Assembly: GCA_001897305.1 (NCBI GenBank)
Contig: MKSO01000001.1
Location: 630,001 to 662,000, forward strand
Origin: Candidatus Saccharimonadota bacterium
GTDB lineage: Bacteria > Patescibacteriota > Saccharimonadia > Saccharimonadales > Saccharimonadaceae
Direction of reading: 5' to 3'
DNA length: 32,000 nt
Positions 1 to 7,642 of the stretch are shown here, piece by piece (within the stretch, counting starts at the first letter, position 1; each line of letters begins with the position of its first letter). A program made the translations under genes and the position numbers. The notes beneath the pieces were generated by a model. That model was not told where the DNA came from, did no database searches, and was given only the letters and a program-made list of their open reading frames with translations.

Positions 1-1
1 C

Positions 2-328
2 CATAATGAAAAATTTATACGCGTAGCTGACCTTACTATTGATCCAGGTCGTCGCACCGTGGAACGTAGCGGAGTCACTATTCCTCTGCGCCGCAAAGAA
101 TATGACATCCTGGAATATCTTGCTACTCATCCTGGGAGGGTATTATCGAGACAAATGATTATCGATCACGCATGGGAGAATGGCAGGGCTAGTTGGGTAG
201 GGTCGGTTGACGTACATATTAAACAGCTACGCGATAAGGTTGATCGGCCCTTTCGATACCCTCTAATTAAAACTTCTTACGGGGTTGGTTACATGATAGA
301 TACATCAGCAAGCGACAATGCAAAATAG
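2..328 (+). CDS. Response regulator, OmpR/PhoB-type winged-helix output domain (5' part outside window)
   Basis: Frame open from base 2. HNEKFIRVADLTIDPGRRTVERSGVTIPLRRKEYDILEYLATHPGRVLSRQMII...VDVHIKQLRDKVD...YGVGYMI is the classic OmpR C-terminal pattern. TAG stop at 326-328; kinase gene starts 10 nt later. Confidence 0.85.
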   Translation, partial: HNEKFIRVADLTIDPGRRTVERSGVTIPLRRKEYDILEYLATHPGRVLSRQMIIDHAWENGRASWVGSVDVHIKQLRDKVDRPFRYPLIKTSYGVGYMIDTSASDNAK

Positions 329-337
329 CCACATCAC

Positions 338-1696
338 ATGTATCGTACACTTTTCAAACACCCCTCTGTCCACTATGCTCCAGCCAATATCATTACGATC
401 ATCCTCCACGGCACACTTGTTGCAATAATTATTATTGCGATCCTATCACTACTATATACGTTGGTCCAAGACATACCCATCGATAGGCGGCATATTCTTA
501 TACTTTCGAGTGTTATGTATCTATTTTTAGTAGAGATTATGTGTCTATTTAATATGTTCCGGCTTGTTAGCTGGATGCTCGTAAGTTTTTACTCGATCAT
601 GGCGGGTGTTGGGTTTATCCTATGGGGAACCAATGATGTAATGGGTATTCTATCCGCCTGCTTCGCAATTGTCTTATCTGGCGTAATCGTAGGAACATCA
701 GTAATCTTTCCCGTCACCATTACGATAGCCTCTGTTTTGGTAATAAACTATTGTTTTCGATCAATTTCAATATCTCCATCACAGATAACTATTCATGACG
801 TTGAAGGCTGGAACGTATTGCTTTACGCAACAGCCCTCCACTTACTCGCGCTTGTCACTTGGCTATCCTATACACAACTTGAACAAAGTGTTAATCGCGC
901 GCAATTAGCCGAAGAAATAATACGACGCCAAAAAGCCTCAATAAAAATCGAGTTGATTAAAGAAACGGCACTCCTACGAAAGACCCAGATCGATCACCTT
1001 CACCAGTTGCACAAATTTGCCCTACTAGGTCAATCAGCAGCTGCGACGTTACATGAATTATCCAACCTACTCAGCATCTTAAATCTCGACATAAATGATC
1101 TACGACAACAATATACACATTCGCAGGCCATAAAAAATGCGACTACAAGCATCAAATCTATCAATAAGATGGTCATAAATGCGCGTCAGCAGTTAGATAC
1201 GTACGACACAAGCCTCTCTTTCGACGCTAGGAAGGCAGTTTATCAAATCACCAAAGACTTTAAGCAAAAGTTTCATCATAGAGGGATCAGTCTGACAATA
1301 CTGGATACTACACATCAACGCCTTTGCATACAGGGTTCATCTTTAGCTTTTATGCAGGTACTGACAATTTTATTACACAATGCGCTAGAGGCCTGCGCCC
1401 AAAATAGTAACGCAAACGTAACTATAAGAGTCGACCAAAATTCAGATTCCGCTCAAATATTACTAAGTGATAATGGACCTGGGGTTGAGCCTAACAAAGT
1501 GCCGACTTTATTCGCGCCAAAAATCAGCACCAAGCCAACAGGGCTAGGCGTAGGCCTCTACATTGCACATCATATTATTACAGATCACTTCAAGGGTACG
1601 ATTGATTTACTTGAAGCTAATCAAGGTGCGCATTTTTTAATACAATTACCTATCCGTACTAAGAAACCTGCTCAAATCAAGACGTCATCTCGCTAA
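338..1696 (+). CDS. Sensor histidine kinase with polytopic membrane N-terminal domain
   Basis: About 170 aa of hydrophobic helices, then a coiled linker. H-box TLHELSNLL, N-box LLHNALEA, G1 DNGPGV, G2 GLGVGLYIA. Directly downstream of the regulator. Confidence 0.85.
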   Translation: MYRTLFKHPSVHYAPANIITIILHGTLVAIIIIAILSLLYTLVQDIPIDRRHILILSSVMYLFLVEIMCLFNMFRLVSWMLVSFYSIMAGVGFILWGTNDVMGILSACFAIVLSGVIVGTSVIFPVTITIASVLVINYCFRSISISPSQITIHDVEGWNVLLYATALHLLALVTWLSYTQLEQSVNRAQLAEEIIRRQKASIKIELIKETALLRKTQIDHLHQLHKFALLGQSAAATLHELSNLLSILNLDINDLRQQYTHSQAIKNATTSIKSINKMVINARQQLDTYDTSLSFDARKAVYQITKDFKQKFHHRGISLTILDTTHQRLCIQGSSLAFMQVLTILLHNALEACAQNSNANVTIRVDQNSDSAQILLSDNGPGVEPNKVPTLFAPKISTKPTGLGVGLYIAHHIITDHFKGTIDLLEANQGAHFLIQLPIRTKKPAQIKTSSR

Positions 1697-2498
1697 TATA
1701 CGTCGTCAATCGCTTAGCATAATTACCCAGTATTTCATGGCCAGCATTTACCCGTATAAGCGAAATATTCGGCTTATCTTTCGCAAGTACAATTATATGC
1801 TTTCGAATCACCACCGGGTCAAACAAACCATAAAAAATAGTAATAGGCAATTTCAACCGCCCAACATCGGTCAGTGCCGTTTGGTTAATAATGCTCGATT
1901 CAAGCGCAGCCGTATATGAAGCGATTGTTGTGTCATTAATAGTGAGCGCCTTATTTGCTAGCCCTACTTTAACGGCCATTTGGGAAAAATACTGCAACTG
2001 ATCGGGGTGCTTACGGGCTGTCTCGTATAGGGTACGGAGCATGTCATCAAGCGACGGAGTTCGCTTACCATCAAGAGTCTTCGGTTTGTAAAAGGGCGGG
2101 CTACATAAAATGAGCCGACGTGCTATCAGTGGATACCGTTTAGCAACCTCAACCGAGACCAGCGCGCCAAGCGAATGCCCCACTAATACCGGTTGGTGCG
2201 CCATACGAAGCCCTAACAGTGTCATCGCCACCGAACGTGCCTGTGTCTTAGCATCGTAAATTGCCCAACTAGGCTTGGGTGATTCACCAAAACCAAGTAA
2301 ATCAATACCTATAACCCTAACATCAGAAGGAAGACCGGCCACGACATTATCCCATGCATGGAGCGTATTGCCGATACCATGAATAAACACATAAGTAGCT
2401 TTTGGGCGTTTCGGTGATTGAAATTCATACCAATGCAAACTGTAAGGTACTCGTAATGTTCGATGAACAAACTTTGATACGGCGCTTCTTAAACTCAT
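1677..2498 (-). CDS. Alpha/beta-fold hydrolase
   Basis: HGIGNT oxyanion-region motif, GHSLGA nucleophile elbow, C-terminal AGHE. I prefer ATG 2498 (MSLRSAV) because TGgTATAGT (2505-2513) lies 6 nt upstream. The track start GTG 2519 lies upstream of that -10 box. Confidence 0.75.
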   Translation of the reverse strand: MSLRSAVSKFVHRTLRVPYSLHWYEFQSPKRPKATYVFIHGIGNTLHAWDNVVAGLPSDVRVIGIDLLGFGESPKPSWAIYDAKTQARSVAMTLLGLRMAHQPVLVGHSLGALVSVEVAKRYPLIARRLILCSPPFYKPKTLDGKRTPSLDDMLRTLYETARKHPDQLQYFSQMAVKVGLANKALTINDTTIASYTAALESSIINQTALTDVGRLKLPITIFYGLFDPVVIRKHIIVLAKDKPNISLIRVNAGHEILGNYAKRLTTYISEMTS

Positions 2499-2544
2499 AC
2501 TTTCACTATACCAGACCACCCTTCTGGGCTTTTAGACGTCAAAG

Positions 2545-2573
2545 AAAAAAGAGCCTTAAGAAGACTCTTTTTT
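2545..2573. terminator. AU-rich hairpin just 3' of tRNA-Gln (weak terminator candidate)
   Basis: AAAAAAGAG (2545-2553) pairs with CTCTTTTTT (2565-2573) around an 11-nt loop. Only 3 G:C pairs, so low confidence. Confidence 0.35.
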
Positions 2574-2575
2574 CT

Positions 2576-2650
2576 TGGCTAGGGTGGAGGGATTCGAACC
2601 CCCGAATGCCAGGACCAAAACCTGGTGCCTTACCACTTGGCGACACCCTA
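2576..2650 (-). tRNA. tRNA-Gln (anticodon UUG), CCA encoded
   Basis: Reverse complement folds as acceptor TAGGGTG/CACCCTA, D-arm GCC-AAGTGGTAA-GGC, anticodon stem CCAGG/CCTGG with loop TTTTGGT, T-arm GGGGG-TTCGAAT-CCCTC, discriminator G, then CCA. Confidence 0.9.
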
Positions 2651-2725
2651 GTACGGTACGCGCGGTACCGATGTATTATACCTTAATAGAGGGCAATGCT
2701 CAAGTAGTCCTAGAGGGCGCAGTGT

Positions 2726-3274
2726 TTACTTGTCTTCTGACTTTTTAGCGCTCTTTACGCCTTTAGAGCGCTCTACGTGTGCGAACTCACCATGAACTTC
2801 GAATAAGAAATAGGCGCCAACTACAATAAATATGCCTTCAAACAAAATGCTCGAAACAAATCCGATAACATTTTGCGTCATAATAGCCCCAACTACCGTC
2901 GACACTACTGCAAGCAGCAATGTAAGGAATACAAGCACCCAGCCCTTCTTTTGCTTTTCACGCAGTGGTACAACCGCAAAGGCAAGTATAACGGTCGTCA
3001 AAGCATTAAAGACGAGATTAATAGTTGCTATAACATTAGCCCACACCAAAAAGCTCGTTGAAGCATAGTAACTAATACTGCCGCTTTCAATAACCGATTG
3101 ATTTCCTAAGAGTGTAAAAATATTACCCATTGCTGCGAGGCCCGTCACAATCGCCACCAAGACGGTAATCCACCATATATTGTCACCTAACCAATGCTGC
3201 ACACCACGTGGCAGGTGTGGAACGGCCTTAAACCAATGCAATACAGTACGCTCAAGCTTTGTTATAGTATCCAT
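2726..3274 (-). CDS. Hypothetical integral membrane protein
   Basis: 182-aa ORF with 4-5 hydrophobic helices. GGAGGA 8 nt upstream of the ATG. No family recognised. Confidence 0.6.
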   Translation of the reverse strand: MDTITKLERTVLHWFKAVPHLPRGVQHWLGDNIWWITVLVAIVTGLAAMGNIFTLLGNQSVIESGSISYYASTSFLVWANVIATINLVFNALTTVILAFAVVPLREKQKKGWVLVFLTLLLAVVSTVVGAIMTQNVIGFVSSILFEGIFIVVGAYFLFEVHGEFAHVERSKGVKSAKKSEDK

Positions 3275-3316
3275 GCGACACTTCCTCCATTTCTATCCAT
3301 CATACGCTCACTAGGG

Positions 3317-3805
3317 TTATTTCTCAATAACCTTAGTTGCTGAACGGAGCGGCCAAAGGCCCCACGCCGACCAAGCAGCCAGTAGCGCCAACAGGAGCCC
3401 GACTATCAAAGTCGCCAGGCTGCCCATTTCGACAACTGTTCCTAATAGGCCTGTATTTGCTGCATCAATTCCGTTTATAAGTAGGTATGATCCTATCCCT
3501 ATCCAGGCCAAGGCGGCAACCCACCCACAGAACATGCTTAGCCAACGAAAAGCAATACTTACAGTCATTGTCAGTAGGAAAGGCAGGGCAAAGACTTCCG
3601 CAACGACAATAAGCGGCGCAATAGCGTACTGGAAACCACCAGAAAACGGCAAGCCAATACTTGGTAATAGCTCCACTAAATGGTCGAAGGTAAATAATTG
3701 TGTAAGCACTATACCTACAAGTATGGCCGCAAACGCCACAGCCACAAAGCGGGCTTGTTTCGAGCGAGGAGCGGGAGCAAGGGTTGGTTTTACAAACACA
3801 GTCAT
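3317..3805 (-). CDS. Hypothetical integral membrane protein
   Basis: Four hydrophobic helices. I prefer ATG 3805 (MTVFVKP) because TATACT (3812-3817) sits 6 nt upstream, matching the leaderless pattern. The track start 3841 is a TTG. Confidence 0.55.
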   Translation of the reverse strand: MTVFVKPTLAPAPRSKQARFVAVAFAAILVGIVLTQLFTFDHLVELLPSIGLPFSGGFQYAIAPLIVVAEVFALPFLLTMTVSIAFRWLSMFCGWVAALAWIGIGSYLLINGIDAANTGLLGTVVEMGSLATLIVGLLLALLAAWSAWGLWPLRSATKVIEK

Positions 3806-3834
3806 GCTTACAGTATACGTCCGCGACGATCTTT

Positions 3835-3861
3835 TTGACAAATCGTTGTTATTTTTATAAT
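3835..3861 (+). promoter_or_regulatory. Orphan sigma70-like promoter facing a non-coding gap
   Basis: Perfect TTGACA (3835-3840) and perfect TATAAT (3856-3861), but the spacer is only 15 nt. No credible + strand CDS follows. Confidence 0.35.
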
Positions 3862-3990
3862 TATGCTTGTGTTTTTCATCCCGGTTATGTAGAGTAGTTT
3901 GTAAGCGACAGTTACAAAAACAAAAACTCCAATCTAAAAAATTTTGTTGTAGCTACAATCGCTATACGATATATCCACCACAACAGAGGG

Positions 3991-4019
3991 AAACCCGTCT
4001 TCGGACGGGTTTTTCTTTT
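3991..4019. terminator. Rho-independent terminator, better formed on the + strand
   Basis: AAACCCGTC-TTCG-GACGGGTTT followed by TTTTCTTTTG on the + strand. On the minus strand (downstream of trmD) the same stem is followed by only TTT. Confidence 0.7.
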
Positions 4020-4034
4020 GTTCACAATGATAGA

Positions 4035-4694
4035 TTATTCTTTAGCGGCTTTTATCGAGTGTTCTTCGCGCCACTGTGCAATTGCTGCGTGGTTGCCACT
4101 TAGGAGCACCTCGGGTACTGTCATGCCATTATAGTCTGCCGGTTTTGTGTATTGAGGGAACTCTAACGTTTCACCGTCAGAAAAGCTTTCAATCTCGGCA
4201 CTCGCCTCGCCACCTAGCACACCTGGAATAAGCCGTACGATGCTATCTATAATAGTCATAGCTGGTAGTTCACCACCCGTGAGTACATAATCACCTACAC
4301 TTAACTGCTCATCCACCAGGCTGACAATCCGCTCGTCATAGCCTTCGTAGCGGCCACAAATAAAGATATACCCGTGGGCGTCATCGGCATACTGCTGAGC
4401 CGTGGCCTGCTTCCAGCGTTGCCCTCGCGGTGTCATCAGGAGTACTTTTGCGGTTGGGTCTTTTTCCTTAGCTGCCGCCACAGCAGCAAATAATGGCTCC
4501 GGCTTCAATAACATGCCGTCACCCCCACCGTATGGCGTGTCATCAACTTGCTTTCGCGGGCCAATCCCAAAGTCTCGCAAATTAACCAAGCCAAATTCAA
4601 CAGCCCCTTCTTTCTGGGCCTTCCACATCATCGAAGTATTGAATACCCCTTCGAACATTTCCGGAAACAGGGTTATGACTTGGATTTTTTTCAT
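4035..4694 (-). CDS. trmD: tRNA (guanine37-N1)-methyltransferase
   Basis: MKKIQVITLFPEMFEGVF, DDTPYGGGDGMLLKPEP and YVLTGGELPAM are hallmark TrmD motifs. Length 219 aa. Confidence 0.95.
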   Translation of the reverse strand: MKKIQVITLFPEMFEGVFNTSMMWKAQKEGAVEFGLVNLRDFGIGPRKQVDDTPYGGGDGMLLKPEPLFAAVAAAKEKDPTAKVLLMTPRGQRWKQATAQQYADDAHGYIFICGRYEGYDERIVSLVDEQLSVGDYVLTGGELPAMTIIDSIVRLIPGVLGGEASAEIESFSDGETLEFPQYTKPADYNGMTVPEVLLSGNHAAIAQWREEHSIKAAKE

Positions 4695-4725
4695 CTGTAC
4701 TAGTGTACTTCATTTTAGCTTCAGA

Positions 4726-4755
4726 AACAAAAAGACACCCCTAAAGGTGTCTTTT
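4726..4755 (-). terminator. Terminator after the KH-protein gene
   Basis: AAAGACACC (4731-4739) pairs with GGTGTCTTT (4746-4754) around a 6-nt loop. On the minus strand the stem is followed by TTTTTGTTT. Confidence 0.65.
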
Positions 4756-4843
4756 ATACACATAAGCTCTCAACAAATGTGGTGATTTGTCGCTCGCATG
4801 AGCTGATCTCGCAGTTCAAAGATGTTTGTTGAACTGCTTGTGA

Positions 4844-5254
4844 TTATATATCAAGATCGTCGAGTTCTGCAAGCTCTGCGCGAGTCTTTTTTGTGTAGTC
4901 TGAAGTGTTGTCCACAGATTCATCTGTTGAAGTTTCCACAGTCTCGACAGACTCGTTAGAAGATGATGAAGGTGTATCGTCGCTTGAATAGGTTGCGCCG
5001 GTTTGTCCATCGTTATTTACAATCTTTAAATTGTAGCGAGCATCGTTCTTAGTACCGAGTGCGCGCAGCAATGTACGCAGGCTTTGGGCCGTAACGCCAC
5101 GCTTTCCAATAACCCGTCCAAGATCATCTGGGTTAACAGTAAGTGTCAAAAGTACACCTTTTTCGTCGATAATTCGCTCGACAACAACATCGTCGGGGTT
5201 CCCAACGACTGATTTTACGATATATTCTATGAACTGCTGGTCTATGGTCGACAT
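4844..5254 (-). CDS. KH-domain RNA-binding protein (YlqC/KhpA-like) with acidic C-terminal tail
   Basis: VVERIIDEKGVLLTLTVNPDDLGRVIGKRGVTAQSLRTLL contains the KH GxxG loop. GGAGGAGGG lies just upstream of ATG 5254. The position near rpsP and trmD is typical. Confidence 0.85.
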   Translation of the reverse strand: MSTIDQQFIEYIVKSVVGNPDDVVVERIIDEKGVLLTLTVNPDDLGRVIGKRGVTAQSLRTLLRALGTKNDARYNLKIVNNDGQTGATYSSDDTPSSSSNESVETVETSTDESVDNTSDYTKKTRAELAELDDLDI

Positions 5255-5292
5255 ATGCCCTCCTCCGGTCTCTGTCAATGTATCGTACCTTT

Positions 5293-5301
5293 ATTGTAGC
5301 A
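5293..5301 (-). promoter_or_regulatory. Extended -10 (TGcTACAAT) for the KH-protein gene
   Basis: Minus strand reads TGCTACAAT 38 nt upstream of ATG 5254. The -35 is weak. Confidence 0.45.
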
Positions 5302-5359
5302 TAGGCATTTCAGTTCTATGGAATATGCTTATGTTAAAATGGGGCGTATGGTATGTATA

Positions 5360-5387
5360 TTGACTTTTTTATATTTTGTGATATAAT
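5360..5387 (+). promoter_or_regulatory. Near-consensus promoter of GC-rich cassette 1
   Basis: TTGACT (5360-5365), 16-nt spacer, extended -10 TGaTATAAT (5379-5387). Confidence 0.7.
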
Positions 5388-5463
5388 GTAATCCACATTG
5401 ACTCCCGAGCCTATTGAGAGACAATGTAGCACACCCTGTCAGTACACTACCGGAAGGCCTATT

Positions 5464-5994
5464 TTGTCCAACACCGAAGGCTACACCCAGCGTACGAGCT
5501 ACGACCCCCGGACGATCCGACGCATCGCGAACCGCGCCAAGAACCTCATCCAGAAGTCCATCGAGTGCGACGCGACCATCACGCTCTTGGCGACGACGCT
5601 GATCGACGACTTCGTCGACCTGGTCGGAAACCGCCCCGGCACCCCTCCGAAGGTGCTCATCTCGGAAGCTCGTTCGATCTCCGAACCCCGTGGTATCAAG
5701 CCCACCCACCAGCATGAAGCCGGCGCCGGCCTCGGCGAGATCGCCCTCGAGCAGTCGTTCGAAGTCGAGCTCGGCAAGATCACCTTCCCGGAAGCGCGCC
5801 AGCGGATCAACCGCAAGATCCGCGAGCGCCTCGCGAACTACCGCCGCGAGGAAGCCAGCAAGCGGAGCGAAGCCCGCATCGGCCGACCGTCGATCCCCAT
5901 CAGCATCGACACGAACTCGCAGGGCGGTTCAACCCGTTCGCGCAAGCAGCCCTACAAGCGGCCCAACCCGCAGCGGCGGCGCAAGGCGGCCTGA
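5464..5994 (+). CDS. GC-rich ORFan protein A (176 aa, basic C-terminal tail), function unknown
   Basis: Strong G/C third-position periodicity in this frame only: 37 of the first 40 codons end in G/C by hand count. GGAAGG lies 6 nt before TTG 5464. TGA stop at 5992-5994, and promoter and terminator have the same polarity. The frame has no ATG; the alternative start is TTG 5398. Confidence 0.7.
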   Translation: MSNTEGYTQRTSYDPRTIRRIANRAKNLIQKSIECDATITLLATTLIDDFVDLVGNRPGTPPKVLISEARSISEPRGIKPTHQHEAGAGLGEIALEQSFEVELGKITFPEARQRINRKIRERLANYRREEASKRSEARIGRPSIPISIDTNSQGGSTRSRKQPYKRPNPQRRRKAA

Positions 5995-6040
5995 GTACAC
6001 ACCTGACAGGGAACGCCCAACCCACAAGGTTGGACGACCA

Positions 6041-6078
6041 CCCCCGGATCACCATATCCGGGGGCTTCCCTCTTTTTT
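6041..6078 (+). terminator. GC-rich terminator of cassette 1
   Basis: Perfect 9-bp stem CCCCCGGAT (6041-6049) / ATCCGGGGG (6056-6064), then CTTCCCTCTTTTTT. Confidence 0.65.
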
Positions 6079-6087
6079 GGAGCATTT

Positions 6088-6117
6088 AAAAAATCCCGCC
6101 TGTACGACGGGATTTTT
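6088..6117. terminator. Bidirectional terminator, serves rpsP on the minus strand
   Basis: AAAAATCCCG (6089-6098) pairs with CGGGATTTTT (6108-6117). A-run and T-run flank the stem. It lies 16 nt downstream of the rpsP stop. Confidence 0.7.
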
Positions 6118-6132
6118 AGTAACTATGCTTGA

Positions 6133-6513
6133 TTATTCAGCAGCTTCGGTTGGTGCTTCAGCTGGAGTTTCAGCAACCTCTTCAGGAGCTTCTTCTTTTG
6201 GCTGGTTCTTGCGAAGTTTTTCTGGGTTACGGAGGGCCTTTTGCTTGTCGCTGGTTGCTTCTTTTACCCACTTAGGAAGCTTTACGCCAGCTTCTTTAAG
6301 GAGTTTAGCCACACGAGGGGTTGGCTGGGCACCGTTATCGAGATACTTTTGAGCAGCTTCAACCTGAATGTTAGCGTCTTTAGTGTGCGGATTGTAGCTC
6401 CCTACATACGCGACAACACGACCGCTTGATGGGTGGCGTTGAGATTCTTGTACGGCGAGGCGGTAGGTTGGGTAGCCGGCACGACCGATACGTTGCAAAC
6501 GAATTGCGAGCAT
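6133..6513 (-). CDS. rpsP: 30S ribosomal protein S16 with Glu/Ala/Pro-rich C-terminal extension
   Basis: MLAIRLQRIGRAGYPTYRLAVQESQRHPSSGRVVAYVGSYNP is canonical bS16. AAAGGAAG Shine-Dalgarno upstream. Confidence 0.95.
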   Translation of the reverse strand: MLAIRLQRIGRAGYPTYRLAVQESQRHPSSGRVVAYVGSYNPHTKDANIQVEAAQKYLDNGAQPTPRVAKLLKEAGVKLPKWVKEATSDKQKALRNPEKLRKNQPKEEAPEEVAETPAEAPTEAAE

Positions 6514-6579
6514 AGTTTAATTAACTTCCTTTAACTCTTTAGTCTATTAACGAATAGCTTTTTATTAAATTCTCTGGCT

Positions 6580-6608
6580 ATTTTACACGTTTTATCTCTG
6601 TAAGTCAA
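6580..6608 (-). promoter_or_regulatory. rpsP promoter
   Basis: Minus strand TTGACT (6603-6608), 17-nt spacer, TAAAAT (6580-6585). Confidence 0.55.
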
Positions 6609-6613
6609 GGACT

Positions 6614-7594
6614 CTATGAATCGCTTCCGAACTGGAACACTCCGTTTTGTGCGTCCGATAGCGAAAACCATGTTCCACTCGCAAGACCAAGCTGTTGGTA
6701 GTTAGAAGGATTAGTATAAAAGACCTCAATAGACTTCGTGTCTGTATTCTTCGTCTTTACGAACGATACTTCTTGACGCCCATCGCCATTCACGTCAACC
6801 GACGAGAATACGCCGTTTTTTGCATCAGATAATTGGTAAAAGGTTGGCGTAGCAATGACAAGTTGAGACGAAGGCGTGCCAGATACTGAAGTATTATTTT
6901 GACTTGCTTGGAAGAACTCGATCTTTCCCGTGCCCGTCGCTTGCTTCTTAATGAAAGTCATTGCATTGTAGCGGGTTGCAAGAATCCCGTTACTACCAAC
7001 CGCATCATTCGCTTCTTGTGAGCCAAATGGCGTTGTTGTGGCATAATTGTTTGAATTGATACCTCGATCGCCACTTGCGCTCTGAGCATATGTTTTATCG
7101 CCGCTAAAACCAGTCGTCATGAATACACGCGGGAATCCATTCTGAGAGCCACTAATCGTAATTGGACGACTGTCGCTTTGTTTATACTTGTTGCAGACAT
7201 ACTCGCCTCCCAAGTAGCTACTATAAGCAGCGTGCATACCAGAAGTATAGCCACTGCTTGCCGTTGCCGAGTGAACTTCCAAATAGCCCGAACCAGTGTT
7301 ACATACTTTTATGAAATAGAGGTCGCGCCCGACAACTTGCCAGTAGCCGTTATCGGCATCAGCCGTGCTGAACCATGTTGCGGTATGCAGATCCGACGAT
7401 TTGTAATTACTTGCTTTTGTTGCGGTATGGAGCTCAACTTTGCCGCTACCTGTATTTTTTGTCTTAACAAAAAAGAGCGTCTCGGTGTCAGGACCGACCG
7501 CACCAGCGTTAGTAGTTGGTATAAAATTTACCCCTAGGATAGTGATACCAAAAAGGAGAATGAATCCTAAGACACTTTTTGGAAAATATTTCAT
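6614..7594 (-). CDS. Secreted repeat protein (FG-GAP / beta-propeller-like repeats)
   Basis: N-terminal signal-like helix FPKSVLGFILLFGITILGV. Four or more copies of the repeat F[VI]K..NTG[ST]GK.E.H.A....Y..., plus a DVNGDGRQE calcium-loop-like motif. GAGAGG Shine-Dalgarno upstream. Confidence 0.7.
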   Translation of the reverse strand: MKYFPKSVLGFILLFGITILGVNFIPTTNAGAVGPDTETLFFVKTKNTGSGKVELHTATKASNYKSSDLHTATWFSTADADNGYWQVVGRDLYFIKVCNTGSGYLEVHSATASSGYTSGMHAAYSSYLGGEYVCNKYKQSDSRPITISGSQNGFPRVFMTTGFSGDKTYAQSASGDRGINSNNYATTTPFGSQEANDAVGSNGILATRYNAMTFIKKQATGTGKIEFFQASQNNTSVSGTPSSQLVIATPTFYQLSDAKNGVFSSVDVNGDGRQEVSFVKTKNTDTKSIEVFYTNPSNYQQLGLASGTWFSLSDAQNGVFQFGSDS

Positions 7595-7642
7595 CGTGTC
7601 GTACCTCTCTATACTTAATTACTCCCTATAAGTATACAGGAA

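Noticed and set aside
2402-2686. ORF 2402-2686 (+), and likewise 15768-16070 (+), 15749-15982 (-) and 29360-29638 (+)
   Set aside because: They read through tRNA genes or the tRNA-like remnant. The RDSNP / DSN peptide is the translation of a T-arm sequence. They are not coding.
3867-4103. ORF 3867-4103 (+), 78 aa
   Set aside because: It starts at a TTG, is Cys/Arg/Phe-rich, runs straight through the 3991-4019 terminator hairpin and continues into the antisense of trmD.
5329-6352. Overlapping long ORFs 5329-5715 (-), 5414-5602 (+), 5499-5816 (-), 5690-6352 (+) and 5900-6085 (-)
   Set aside because: These are shadow ORFs created by high GC. Their translations are Arg/Ser/Pro/Trp-rich low-complexity strings. 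Only the frame of 5398/5464-5994 combines G/C third positions with a plausible protein, a promoter and a terminator. ORF 5690-6352 also runs antisense through rpsP.
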